From the human T2T-CHM13v2.0 reference genome, Homo sapiens: a DNA stretch of 64,000 nt. The stretch's first letter is position 1. Each line of letters begins with the position of its first letter. Position numbers and translations under genes: made by a program. The notes under the pieces were generated by a model. The model ran no database searches, had not been told where the DNA came from, and saw nothing but the letters and a program-made list of their open reading frames with translations. Of this stretch, positions 12,377-25,900 are shown in pieces. The stretch lies in NCBI RefSeq assembly GCF_009914755.1, contig NC_060945.1; one strand, 5' to 3'.

Positions 12377-15300
12377 ACTCTGAGATATGACTGCACACAT
12401 CACAAAGAAGTTTCTCAGAATACTTCTATCTAGTTTTCCTGTGAAGATATTTCCTTTTCCACCATAGACCGCAAAGCACTCCAAATGTCCACTTGCAGAT
12501 TCTACAAAAACAGAGTTTCAAACTGCTCAATCAAAAGAAAGTTTTAACTCTGTGAAGTGAATGCACAAATCACAATAAAAGTTTCTCAGATTGTTTCTGT
12601 CTAGATTTTATGTGAAGATATTTCCTTTTGTACCAAAGGATGCAAAGCCCTTCAAATGTCCACTTGCAGATTCTACAAAAGGAGAGTTTTCAAACTGCTC
12701 AATCAAAAGAAATTTTCAACTCTGTGAGATAAACACAGACATCACAATGAAGTTTCTCAGAATTCTTCTATCTAGTTTTTATGTGAGGATATTTCCTTTT
12801 CCACCATAGGCCTCAAAGCGCTCCAAAAGTCCACTTGCAGATTCTACAAAAAGAGAATTTTAAGCTACTCAATCAAAAGAAAGTTTTAACTCTGTGAGAT
12901 GAATGCACACATCAAAAAGAAGTTTCTCAGATTGCTTCTGTCTAGATTTTGTGTGAAGATATTTCCTTTTGTACCAAAGGATGCAAAGCCCTTCAAATGT
13001 CCACTTGCAGATTCTACAAAAAGAGAGTTTTCAAACTGCTCAATCAAAAGAAATTTTCAACGCTGTGAGATAAACACAGACATCACAATGAAGTTTCTCA
13101 GATTTCTTCTGTCTAGTTTTTATGTGAGGATATTTCCTTTTCCACCATAGGCCTCAAAGCACTCCAAAAGTCCACTTGCAGATTCTACAAAAAGAGAATT
13201 TTAAACTACTCAATCAAAAGAAAATTTTTAATTCTGTGAGATGAATGCACACATCAAAAATAAGTTTCTCAGATTGCTTCTGTCTAGATTTTATGTGAAG
13301 ATACTTCCTTTTCTACCACAGCCCTCAAAGCGCTGCAAATGTCCACTTGTAGATCCTACAAAAAGTGTTTCCAAACTGCTTAATCAAAAGAAAGGTTAAA
13401 CTCTGTAAGATGAACGCACGTATCACAAAGAAATTTCTCAGAATTCTTCTGTGTAGTTTTTATGTGAAGACGTTTCCTATTCCACCATAGGCCTTAAAGC
13501 GCTAAAAGTGTCCAATTGCAGGTTCTACAAAAAGAGAGTTTCAAAACTGTTCAATCAAAACAAAGGTTTAACTCTTTGATATGAATGCACACATCACAAA
13601 GAAATTTCTCAGATTGCTTCTGTCGAGATTTTATGTGATGGTATTTCATTTTATAACATAGGACGCAAAGCGCTCCAAATATCTACTTGCAGATTTTACA
13701 TAAAGAGTTTTTCCAAACTGCTCACTCAAAATAAAGGTTCACCTTTGTGTGATGAACGTACACATCACAATGAAGTTTCTCAGAAATCTTCAGTCTAGTT
13801 TTGATGTGAAGATATTTCCTTTTCCACCATTGTCCTCAAAGTGCTCCAAATGTCCACTATCAGATTCTACAAAAAAGAGAGTTTCAAACTGTTCAATCAC
13901 AGGAAAGGTTTAACACTGTGAGATGAATACACAAATCAAAAAGAAGTTTCTCAGTTTGCTTCTCTCTAGATTTTATGTGAAGATATTTCTTTCACTACCA
14001 TAGGCCGCAAAGCACTCCAAATGTCCAATTGCAGATTCTACAAATAGAGTGTTTAAAACTGCTCAATCAAAAGAAAGGTTCAACCCTGTGAGATGAATGC
14101 CCACCTTACAAAAAAGTTTCTCAGAATTCTTCTGTCTTGTTTTATGTGAAGATATTTCCTTTTCTACCATAGGCCTCAAAGCTCCCAAAATGTCCACTTG
14201 TAGATTCTACAAAAAGAGTATTTCAAAACTGCTCAATGGAAAAATCTCCAAATCTGTGACATGCATGGACACATCACAAAGAATTTTCTCAGAATGCTTC
14301 TATCTAGTTTTTATGTGAAGATATTTCCTTTTCCAAAACAGGCCTCAAATTTCTCCCAATATCCACTTGCAGATTCTCAAAAAGAATGTTTCAAAACTGC
14401 TCAATCATAAGAAAATTTCAACTCTGTCACGTGAATGCACACATGTCAAAGGAGTTGCTCAGAATGCTTCTGTCTAGTTTTTATGTGAAGATATTTTCTT
14501 TTCCACTTTAGACAGTATAGCACTCCAAATATCCACTTGCATATTCTACAAAAATAGTGTTTCCAAACTGCTCAACCAAAAGAAAGGTTCGAGCCTGTGA
14601 GATGAGTGCACACATCATAAAGAAGATTCTCAGAATGCTTCTATCTAGTTTTTATGTGAAGATATTTCCTTTTCCACCATAGGCCTCAAAGTGCTCCAAA
14701 TGACCAATTGCAGATTCTACAAATGAGTTTTTCAAAACTGCTCAATCAAAAGAAAGGTTCAACTCTCTAAGATGAATTCACATATCACAAAGAATTTTCT
14801 CAGAATGATTCTGTCTAGTTTTTATGTGAAGATATTTCCTTTTCCACCATAGTCCACAAAGCGCTCCAAATGTCCTATTGCAGATTCTACAAGAGTGTTT
14901 CAAAACAGCTCAATCAAAAGTAAGGTTAAATTCGGTGAGATGAATGCACACATCACAAAGAAGGTTCTCAGAATGCTTCTGTTTAGCACTTAAGGGAAGA
15001 TATTTTCTTTTCCACCATAGGCCTCAAAACACTCCAAATGTCCTCTTGCAAATTCTACAAAACGTGTTTCAAAACTGATCAATCAAAAGAAAGTTCCAAC
15101 TCTGTCAGATGAATGCACACATCCCAAATAAGTTTGTCAGAATGATTCGGTATAGTTTTTATGTGAAAATGTTTCCTTTTCCACCATAGCCTGCAAAGTG
15201 CTCCAAATGTCCACTTGCAGATTCTACAAAAAGAGTGTTTCAGAACTGCTCAATCGAAAGTAAGGTTCAAATCTGGAAGATAGATGCGCACATCCAAAAG

Positions 15301-16243
15301 AAGTTGGTCAGAATGATTCTATCTAGTTTTAATGTGAAGATGTTTCCTTTTCCACACTAGGCCTCACAGTGCTCAAAATGTCCACTTGCAGATTCTACAA
15401 AAAGAGTGTTTTGAAACTGCTCAATCAAAATAAAATTTCAACACTGTGAGGTGAATGCACACATCACAAAGAAGTTTCGCACACATCACAAAGAAGTTTC
15501 TCAGAATGCTTCTGTTAAGTTTTTATGTGAAGATATTTCCTTTTCCACCGTAGGCCTGAACACTCTCCAAATATCTACTTGCCGATTCTACAAAAAGAGT
15601 GTTTCAAAACTGCTCAATGAAAAGAAACTTTCAAATCTGTGAGATGAATTCACACATCACAAAGAAGTTTGTCAGAATGTTTCTGTATAGTTTTTATATG
15701 AAGATACTTCCTTTTCCACCATAGGCTTCAAAGTGCTCCAAATTTCCACATGCAGATTGTACAAAGTCTTTCAAAGCCATTCAATCAAATGAAAGGTTCA
15801 AACCTGTGAGATGAATGCACACATCACAAAGAAATTTGTCAGAATGCTTCTGTCTAGCTTTTTTGAAGATATTTCCTTTTCCATCATATGATTCAAAGAG
15901 CTCCAAATGTCCACTTGCAGATAATACAAAAAGGGAGTTTCAAAGCTGCTGAATCAAAAGAAAGGTTCAATTCTTTGAGATGAATGCACATATCACAAAG
16001 AAGTTTGCAGAATGCTTCTGTCTAGTTTTCATGTGAAGATTTTTTTTCAACATATGCCTCAAATCGCTCCAAATGTCCACTTGCAGATCCTACAAAACGA
16101 GTGTTTCCAAACTGCTTAATAAAAAGAAATGTTCAACTCTGTGAGAAGACCTCACACATCACAAAGAAGTTTCTCAGACTGCTTCTGTCTAGGTTTTATG
16201 TAAAGATATTTCCTTTTCCACCATAGGCCTCAAAGTGCTCCAA
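12363..16243 (-). repeat. Alpha satellite, divergent (dimeric to ~14250, then monomeric)
   Basis: The 171-bp periodicity continues with TCTGTCTAG / CTCCAAATGTCCAC type monomers and ends at ...GGCCTCAAAGTGCTCCAA. Confidence 0.97.
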
Positions 16244-16855
16244 TCCACTCCACTGCATTCCATTCTGTCCCATTCCATTCCACTCCATTCCACTCCACCT
16301 CACTCCACTGCACTCCGCCCCACTCCATTCCATTCCATTACATTACATTCCACTCCATTCCATTACATTCATTTCTTTCGACAGGATCTCACTCTGTAAC
16401 CCAGGCTGTAATGCAGTGGCACAATCTCAGCTCACATTACATTTCACCTTTCCATTCCATTCCATTGCATTCCATTCCTTTCCATTCTATTCCATTCCAC
16501 TCCACTCCAAACCACTCTACTCGACTCCACTCCACTCCATTCCATTCCATCCCATTGCATTCAACTCCACTCCACTCCACTCCTTTCTTTTGACAGTTAT
16601 CTCACCCTGTCAACCAGCCTGGAGTTAAGTGGCACAATCTCAGCTCACATTTCATTTCACCATTCCATTCCAATCCATTCCACGACATTCCATTCCATTG
16701 CATTTCATTCAATTCCATTCCACTCCATTCCATTCCATTCCACTCCACTCCACTCCACTCCACTCCATTCCAATCCATCACACTCCCTTTCACTACATTG
16801 CATTCCACTCCACTCCACTCCCTTCTATTCCATCCCATTGCATTAAACTCCACTC

Positions 16856-16968
16856 CACTACACTACACTGCACTACACTACACTACACTCCACTTCACTA
16901 CACTACACTACACTACACTACACTACACTACACTACACTACACTACACTACACTACACTACACTACAC
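16856..16968 (+). repeat. (CACTA)n pentamer microsatellite expansion
   Basis: About 20 mostly perfect CACTA units, a pentamer variant that is otherwise rare in the array. Confidence 0.9.
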
Positions 16969-19900
16969 TCCCTTCCATTCCATTCCATTCCAGACCACTC
17001 CATTCCATTCCATTCCTTTCTTTCAATAGGATATCACTCTGTAACCCAGGCTGGAGTGCAGTGGAGCAATCTCAGGAGACATTTCACTTCACCATTACAT
17101 TGCATTGCATTCCATTCCATTCATTTCCATTCCATAACATTCCACTGCACTCCACTCCACTCCACTACACTCCACTCCACTTCAATCCACTCAACTCCAT
17201 TCCAATCCATTTCATTCCATTCCATCCACTCCATTCCACTCCATTCCACTCCAATCCACTCCACTTCAGTCCAGTCCATTCCACTCCATTCCACTCCAAT
17301 CCATCCCATCACATTCCACTCCATTCCTCTCCACTCCACTCCACTTCACTCCACTCCATTCAACTCCATTCCATTCCATTCCATTCCATTCCATTCCATT
17401 CCATTCCATTCCATTCCATTCCTTTCTTTCAACAGGATCTCACTCTGTCACCCAGGCTGGAGTGCAGCGGCACTATCTCAGCTCACATTTCATTTCACCA
17501 TTTCATTCCATTCCATTCCATTCCATTCCATTCCATTCCACTCCATTCCATTCAATTCCATTCCATTCTGTTCCATTCCACTTCATTCCAGTCCACCCTT
17601 CTACACTCCAAGCCACTCCACTCCATTCCATTGAATTCCATTGTATTCCACTCCATTCCACTCCACTCCACTCCACTCTAATCAACTCTACTCCACTCCA
17701 TTCCATTCCATTCCATTCCATTCCACTCCATTCCATTCCTTTCCATTCCATTACATCCCATTCCATTACATCCCATTCCATTCCACCCCATTCCATTCCA
17801 CAGCATTCCACTCCACTCCACTAAACTCCACTCCAATCCACTCCATTCAATTCCATTCAATTCTACTCCATTCCATTCCACTCTATTCCATTCCATTCCT
17901 TTCTTTTGACAGGATCTCACTCTGTCACCCAGAGTGGAGTGCAGTAACACAATTTCAGTTCACATTTCATTTCACCATTCCATTCCATTCCATTCCATTC
18001 CATTCCATCCCATTCCATTCCATTCCATTCCTTTCCATTCCATTCCATTCCATCCCATTCTATTAAACTCCACTCCACTCCACGCCATTCCATTCCATCC
18101 CATTCCATTCAACTCCCTTCCACTCCAGTCCACTCCACACCACTCTACTCCATTCCATTCAACTCCCATCCACTCCAGTCCGCTCCACACCACTCCACTC
18201 CATTCCAACCCATTCCATTCCACTCCTTTCCAATCCATTTCACTCCACTACCCTCCACTCCATTCATTTCCACTCCAAACTATTCCATTCCTCTCCACTC
18301 CACTTCACTCCACCCCACTACTCTCCACTCCATTCCATTCCATTCCACTCCATTCCATTCCATTCATTTTCTTCGAAAGAGTCTCACTCTGTCACTGAGG
18401 CTGGAGTGCAGTGGCACAATCTCACATCACATTTCATTTCACCATTCCATTGCATTCAATTCCGTTCTATTTAACTCCAATCCACTCCACTCCACTCCAC
18501 TCCACGCCATTCCATTCCATTACATTCCAGTCCATTCCATTCCATTCCTGTCCACTCCACTCCGCTAACATTCCATTCAATTCCATCCCATCCCATTCAA
18601 CTCCATTCCATTCCTCTCCACTCCACTCCACTGCACTCCACTCCACATCACTCATCTCCATTCCGTTCCATTCCATTCCACTCCATTCCATTGCATTCCT
18701 TTCTTTCGACAGCATCTCACTCTGCTACCCAGACGGGAGTGCAGTGCCACAATCACAGCTCACATTTAATTTCACCATTCCATTCCATTCCATTCCATTC
18801 CATTGCATTCCAGTGCACTCCACTCCATTCCATTCTACTCCACTCCATTCCATTCCATTCCATTCCTCTCCATTCCATTCCATACCATTCCATTCCATTC
18901 CACTCCACTCCACTCCATTCCAATCCATCCCATTATATTCCACTCCATTCCACATCACTCCACTCCATTCCAAACCATTACATTCCTTTCCATCCCATTC
19001 CATTCCACTCGATTCCACTCCAATCCACTCCATTCCACTCCATTCCATTCCACTACACTCCACTCCATTCCACTCCATTCCATTCCACTACACTCCACTC
19101 CATTCAATTCTATTCCTTTCCATTCCACTCCATTCCATTCCATCACTTTCTTTTGACAGGGTCTCACTCTGTCACACAGGCTGGAGTACAGTGGCACAAT
19201 CTGAGCTCACATTTCATTTCACCTTTCCATTCCATTACACTCCATTCCACTCCAGTCCACTCAACTCCACTCCACTCCATTCCATTCCATTCCACTCCAC
19301 TCCAATCCTCTCCTCTCCTCTCCATTCCATCTTATTCCATTCCATTCCATTCGACTCCACTCCACTCCACTCCGATCCTTTCTATAGCATCACTTTACAT
19401 TCCACTCCATTCCACTCCACTCCAGTCCACTCCACTCCACTCCTGTCCACTCCGCATCATTACACTCCATCCCATTCCATTCCACTCCATTCCACTCCAC
19501 TGCACTCCACTCCACTCCATTCCATTACATTCTGTCCCATTAGATTCCACTCCATACCACACCACTCCAGTCCACTCCACTCCGTTCCATTCCATACCAT
19601 TTCATTCCATTCCATTCCATCCCATCCCATTCCAGTCCATTCCATCCCATCCCATTCCATTCCATCCCATCCCATCCCATCCCATTCCATTCCATTCCAT
19701 TCCATTCCATCCCATCTCATCCCATCCCATCCCATACCATTCCATTCCATTCCATTCCATTCCATTCCATTCCATTCCATTTCTTTTGATTCCACTTCAC
19801 TGCAATCCATTCCCTTCTTTTGACAGGATCTCACTCTGTGACACAAGCTGGAGTGCAGTAGCACAATCTCATCTCACATTTCATTTCACCATTCCTTCCC

Positions 19901-22900
19901 ACTCCATTCCACTCCAGTGCACTCCACTCAACTCCACTACACTCCATTCCACTCCATTCTAATCCACTCCATTCGATTCCATTCCTTTCTCTGAGAGGAT
20001 CTCACTCTGTTAACCAGGCTGGAGTGCAGTGGCACAATTTCAGTTCATATTTCATTTCACGAGTCCATTCCATTCTATTCCATTCCATTCTACTCCCCTC
20101 CAGTCCACTCCACTCCGTTCCATTCCATTCCACTCCTCTCCACTCCACTGCAATGCACTCCATTCTGTTCCATCCTATTCCATTCCACTCCACTCCACTC
20201 CATTTCATCCCATTCAATTCCACTCCATTCCACTCCACTTCATTCCACTCCATCCCACTCAATTCCACTCTATTCCACTCCCATCAACTCCACTCCATTC
20301 CATTCCATTCCCTTCCATTCCATTCCTTTCTTTCGACAGGATCTCACTGTCACACCCAGATTGGAGTGCTGTGGCACAATCTCAGCTCATATTTCATTTC
20401 ACCATTCTATTCCATTTCATTCCATTGCATTCCACTCCATTCCATTCCATTGTATTCCATTCCATTCCATTCCTTTCCTTTCCATTCCGTTCAATTCCAT
20501 TCCATTCCATTTCATTCCATTCCATTCTATTCCATTCCACTCCACTCCACTCCACTCCATTTAACTCCACTCCATTCTATTCAATTCCACTCCACTCCAT
20601 TCCACTCCAATACACTCCACTCCACTCGGCTCCATTCCATTCCATTCCATTCCATTCCACTCCAGTGCACTCCACTCAACTCCACTCCACTAACCTCCAT
20701 TCCATTCCATTCCAATCCATCCCATTCTATTCCACTCCATTCCCCTCCACTCCACTCCCCTCCACTTCACTGCACTTTACTCCAATCCAGTCCACTCCTG
20801 TACACTCCACTCCATTCCACTCCATCCCATTCCATTCCACTCCACTTTACTGCACTCCACTCCATTCTATTCCATTCCACTCCTTTCCACTCCTTTCCTT
20901 TCTTTTGACAGGATCTCACTGTCACAACCCGGCTGGAGTGCCATGGCACAATTTCAGCTCACATTTCATTTCACCATTTTATTCCATTGCATTCCATCGC
21001 ATTCTATTCCATTCCATTCCATTGCATTCCACTACACTCCATTCCACTCCACTCCACTACACACGAGTCCATTCCATTGCTTTCCATTCCACTCCATTCC
21101 ACTTCACTGCATTCCAGTCGACTCCACTCCACTCCACTTCATTCCATTCCATTCCATCCCATTCTATTCCACTCCACTCCACTTTACTCCACTCCAGTCC
21201 ACTCCACTCCACTCCACCCACTCCACTACATTCCATTCCTCTCCATTATTTTCCAATCCATTCCATTCCTTTCCTTTCTTAAGACAGGATCTCACTCTGT
21301 CACCCAGGATGGAGTACAGTGGGACAGTCTCAGCTCACATTTCATTTCACCATAGCATTCCATTCCTTTTCATTCCATTGAATTATTTTAAATTCCATTC
21401 CATTCCATTCCACTTCACTCCACTTCACTCCATTGCACTCCATTCCATTCCATCCCATTCCATTCCACTCCATTCCACACCACTCCAATCCACTCCTTTC
21501 CATTCCATCCCATTCCATTCCACTCCATTCCACTCCAATCCACTCCACTCAACTCCACTCCACTCCTATCCACTCCATTCCATTCCACTCCATCCCATTC
21601 CATTCACGCCAATCCACTCCACTTCACTCCACTCCATTCCATTCCACTACACTCCTTTCCATTCCATTCCTTTCTTTTGACAGGATCTCACTCTGTCACC
21701 CAGGATGGAGTACAGTGGCACAATCTCAGTTCACATTTCATTTCACCATTCCATTGCATTCCATTACATTGCATTCCTTTCCATTCCATTCCATTCCACT
21801 CCACTCCACTCTTCTGCATTCCATTCCATTCCCTTCCATTCCATTCCATTCCACTGCATTCCATTCCACTCCACACCACTATATCCATTCCACTGTATTC
21901 CATTCTACTCCACTCCACTCCATTCCACTCTATGCCACTCCACTCCATGTCATTCCATCCCATTACATTCCACTCCATTCCACTCCACTCCACTCCACTC
22001 CATTCCATTCCATTCCATTCCATTCTACTCCATTCCATTCCATTCCTTTCTTTTGACAGGATCTCACTCTGTCACCCAGGCTGGAGTGCAGCAACACAAT
22101 TTCAGTTCACATTTCATTTCACCATTCCATTCCATTCCATTCCATTCCATTCCATTCCATTCCATTCTATTCCACCCCACTTCACTCCACTCCATTCCAT
22201 TCCATTCCATCCCATTCCACTCAACTCCCTTCCACTTCAGTCCACTCCAAACCACTGCACTCCATTCCATTCTATCCCTTTCCATTCCACTCCATTCCAT
22301 TCCACCACATTCCATTCCATTCCATTACACTCCATTCCATTCCATTCCACTACATTCCATTCCATTCCATTCCATTACACTCCATTCCGTTCCATTCCTT
22401 TCTTTCCACAGGATCTCACCCTGTCTCCCAGGCTGGAGTACAGTGGCAAAATCCCAGCTGACATTTCATTTCACCAATCCCTTCCACTGTATTCCATTCC
22501 ATTGCATTCCACTCCATTCCATTCAATTCCATTCCACTGCACTCCACACCACTCCACTCCATTCCATCCGGTTCCATTAGACTCCATTCCACTCAACTCC
22601 ACTCCATTTCACTCTACTGCATTCCATTACATTCCGTTATACTCCAATCAATTCCATTTCTTTGTTTTGAGAGGATCTCACTCTGTCACCCAGGCTGGAG
22701 AGCAGTGACAAAGATTCAGTTCACATTTCATTTCACCATTCCATTCCATTCCATTCCTTTCCATTCCATTCCATTAAATTCCATTCCACTCCATTCTATT
22801 CCACTCCACTCCACTCCACTCCAATTCACTCCATTCAATCCCATTCCATTCCACTCCATTCCTCTCCACTCCATTCCATTCCATTCCATCCATTCCATAC

Positions 22901-25900
22901 CATTCCATTCCCCTCCACTCCACTCCACTTTAGTCCACTCCACTCCACTCCACTCCACTCCATTCCACTCCATTCAATTCCATTGCACTCCATTCCGTTC
23001 CATTCCTTTCTTTTGACAGGATCTCACTCTCTCTCCCAGGTTGGAGTGCAGTGGCACAATCTCAGCTCACATTTCGTTTCACCATTACATTCCACTGCAT
23101 TCCAATCCATTCCATTTCATTACATTCCATTCCACTCCACTCCCCTATATACATTCCACTCCATTACATTCCATTACATTCCACTCCACTCCACTCCATT
23201 CCACTCTATGCCACTCCACTCCATGTCATTCCATCCCATTACATTCCACTCCATTCCACTCCACTCCACTCCACTCCACTCCACTCCATTCTATTCCATT
23301 CCATTCCATTCCATTCCATTCCATTCCGTTCCATTCTAATCCATTCCATTTTATTCCTTTCTTTGACAGGATCTCACTCTGTCACCCAGGCTGGAGTGCA
23401 GTAACACAATTGCAGTTCACATTTCATTTCACCATTCCATTCCATTCCTTTCATTTCCATTCCATTCCATTCTATTCCACTCCACTCCACTCCACTCCAC
23501 TCCATTCCATTCCATCCCGTTCCATTCAACTCTCTTCCTCTCCATTCCACTCCACACCACTCTAATCCATTCCATTCAACTCCCTTGCACTCCAGTACAC
23601 TCCACACCACTCAACTCCATTCCATTCAATCCCATTCAATTCCATTCCATTCCACTATACTTCACTCCACTACCCTCCTCTCCATTCAATTCCACTAGAA
23701 ACCATTCCATTCCACTCCACTCTACTCCTCTCCACTCCACTCCATTCCATTACATTCGAGTTCATTCCTTTCAATTCCAGTCCACTCCACTCCACTACAT
23801 TCCATTCAATTCCATCCCATTCCAATCCATTTCATTCCTCTCCATTCTACTGCACTCCACTCCACTCGTCTCCATTCCGTTCCATTTCATTGCACTCCAT
23901 TCCATTCCATTTCTTTCTTTTGTCAGCATCTCACTGTGTCACCCAGGCTGGAGTGCAGTGGCACAATCACAGCTCACATTTAATTTCACCATTCCATTCC
24001 ATTCCGTTCCATTCCATTGCACTCCAGTGCACTCCACTCTATTCCACTCCACTCCATTCCATTCCATTCCACTCCACTCCAGTCCTCTCCATTCCAATCC
24101 ATCCCTTTACATTCCACTCCATTCCACATCACTCAACGCCACTCCACTCCAAACCATTACATTCCTTTCCATCCCATTCCATTCCACTCCACTCCACTCC
24201 ACCCCACTCCTCTCCATTCAATTCAATTCCTTTCCATTCCACTCCATTCCATTCCATCCCTTTCTTTTGACAGGGTCTCACTGTCTCACACAGGCTGGAG
24301 TACAGTGGCACAATCTGAGCTCACATTTCATTTCACCTTTCCATTCCATTCCACTCCATTCCACTCTAGTCCACTCAACTCCACTCCACTTCATTCCATT
24401 CCATTCCACTTCACTCCACTTTTCTCCTCTCCTCTCCATTCCATCCCATTCCATTCCACTCAACACCACTGCACTCCACTCCACTCCGATCCTTTCCATT
24501 GCATCACATTGCATTCCACTCCTTTCCGCTCCACTCCACTCCACTCCACTACATTCCATTCCATTCAATTCCAGTACACTCCATAACATTACTTTCCTTT
24601 CTTTCAACAGGATCTCACTCTGTCACCAAGGCTGGAGTTTAGTGGCACAATCTCAGCTCACATTTCATTTCACCATTCCGTTCCATTCCATTCCATTCCA
24701 TTCCATTCCATTCCTACTCCATTTCATCCACTCCACTCCACTCCACTCCATTTCACTCCATTCGACTCCATTCAACTCCACTCCATTCCACTCCAATCCA
24801 CTCCACTCCACTCGATTGTATTCCACTCCATTCCATTTCATTCCAGTCCATACCATTCCATTCCATTCCACTCCATTCCATTCCACTCCACTCCATTAGA
24901 CTCAGAGCACTCCACTCCATTTGACTCCACTCCACTCCATTCCACTCCATTCCTTCCACTCCACTGCATTCCATTTCACTCCATTCCACTCCATTCCACT
25001 CTATTCCACTCCACTCCATTCCACTCCAATCCATTCCACTCCACTCCATTTCATTCCACTCCATTCCATTCCACTCCACTCCATTCCATTCCATTATACT
25101 CCATTTCGTTCCATTCCTTTATTTCGACTGGATCTTACTCTGTCACACATACTGGAGTGCAGTGGCACAATCTTAGCTCACATTTAACTTCACCATTCCA
25201 TTCCATTTCATTCTATTCCATTCCATTGCATTCCACTCCACTTCACTCCACTCCATTCCACTCCACTCCTCTCCACTCCACGACTCTACACTCCACTCCG
25301 TTCCATTTCATTCCATTCCATTCCAATGCATTCCGATCCACTCCACTCAACTCCACTCCACTCCATTCCATTCCGTTCCATTTTGTTCCATTCTCTTCCA
25401 TTCCACTCCAATCCTTTCCACTCCCCTCCTTTCCACTGCACTCCATTTCACTCTACTGCCCTCCATTCCACTCCAACGCACTCCAACCCACTACACTCCA
25501 CTCCATTACATTCCAATGCACTTCATCCCATTCCATTCAATTCCATTCTGGTCCATTCCACTCCATTCCACTCCATTCCACAACACTTCATTCCACTCCA
25601 ATCCATTCCACTCCACTCCAATCCATTCCACTCCATTCCATTCATTTCCACTCCATTCCTTTCCATTCCACTCCACTCCATTCCACTCCATTCCTCTCCA
25701 CTCCATTCCACTCCACTCCATTCCACTCCACCCTACTCCAATCCACTCCATTCCATTCCAGTCCACTCCATTCCATTCCATTCTACTTCGTTCCTTTCCA
25801 TTCCATTATTTCGACTGGATCTTCCTCTGTCACCGAGACAGGAGTGCAGTGGCACAATCTTAGCTCACATTTCATTTCCCCTTTCCATTCCATTGCATTC

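Noticed and set aside
431-16243. Active centromeric HOR array or CENP-B boxes; short alpha-satellite ORFs
   Set aside because: Monomers carry TTCCTTTTCCACCATAG (pJalpha-type) rather than TCCCGTTTCCAACGAA and are highly divergent. The ORFs are chance readings.
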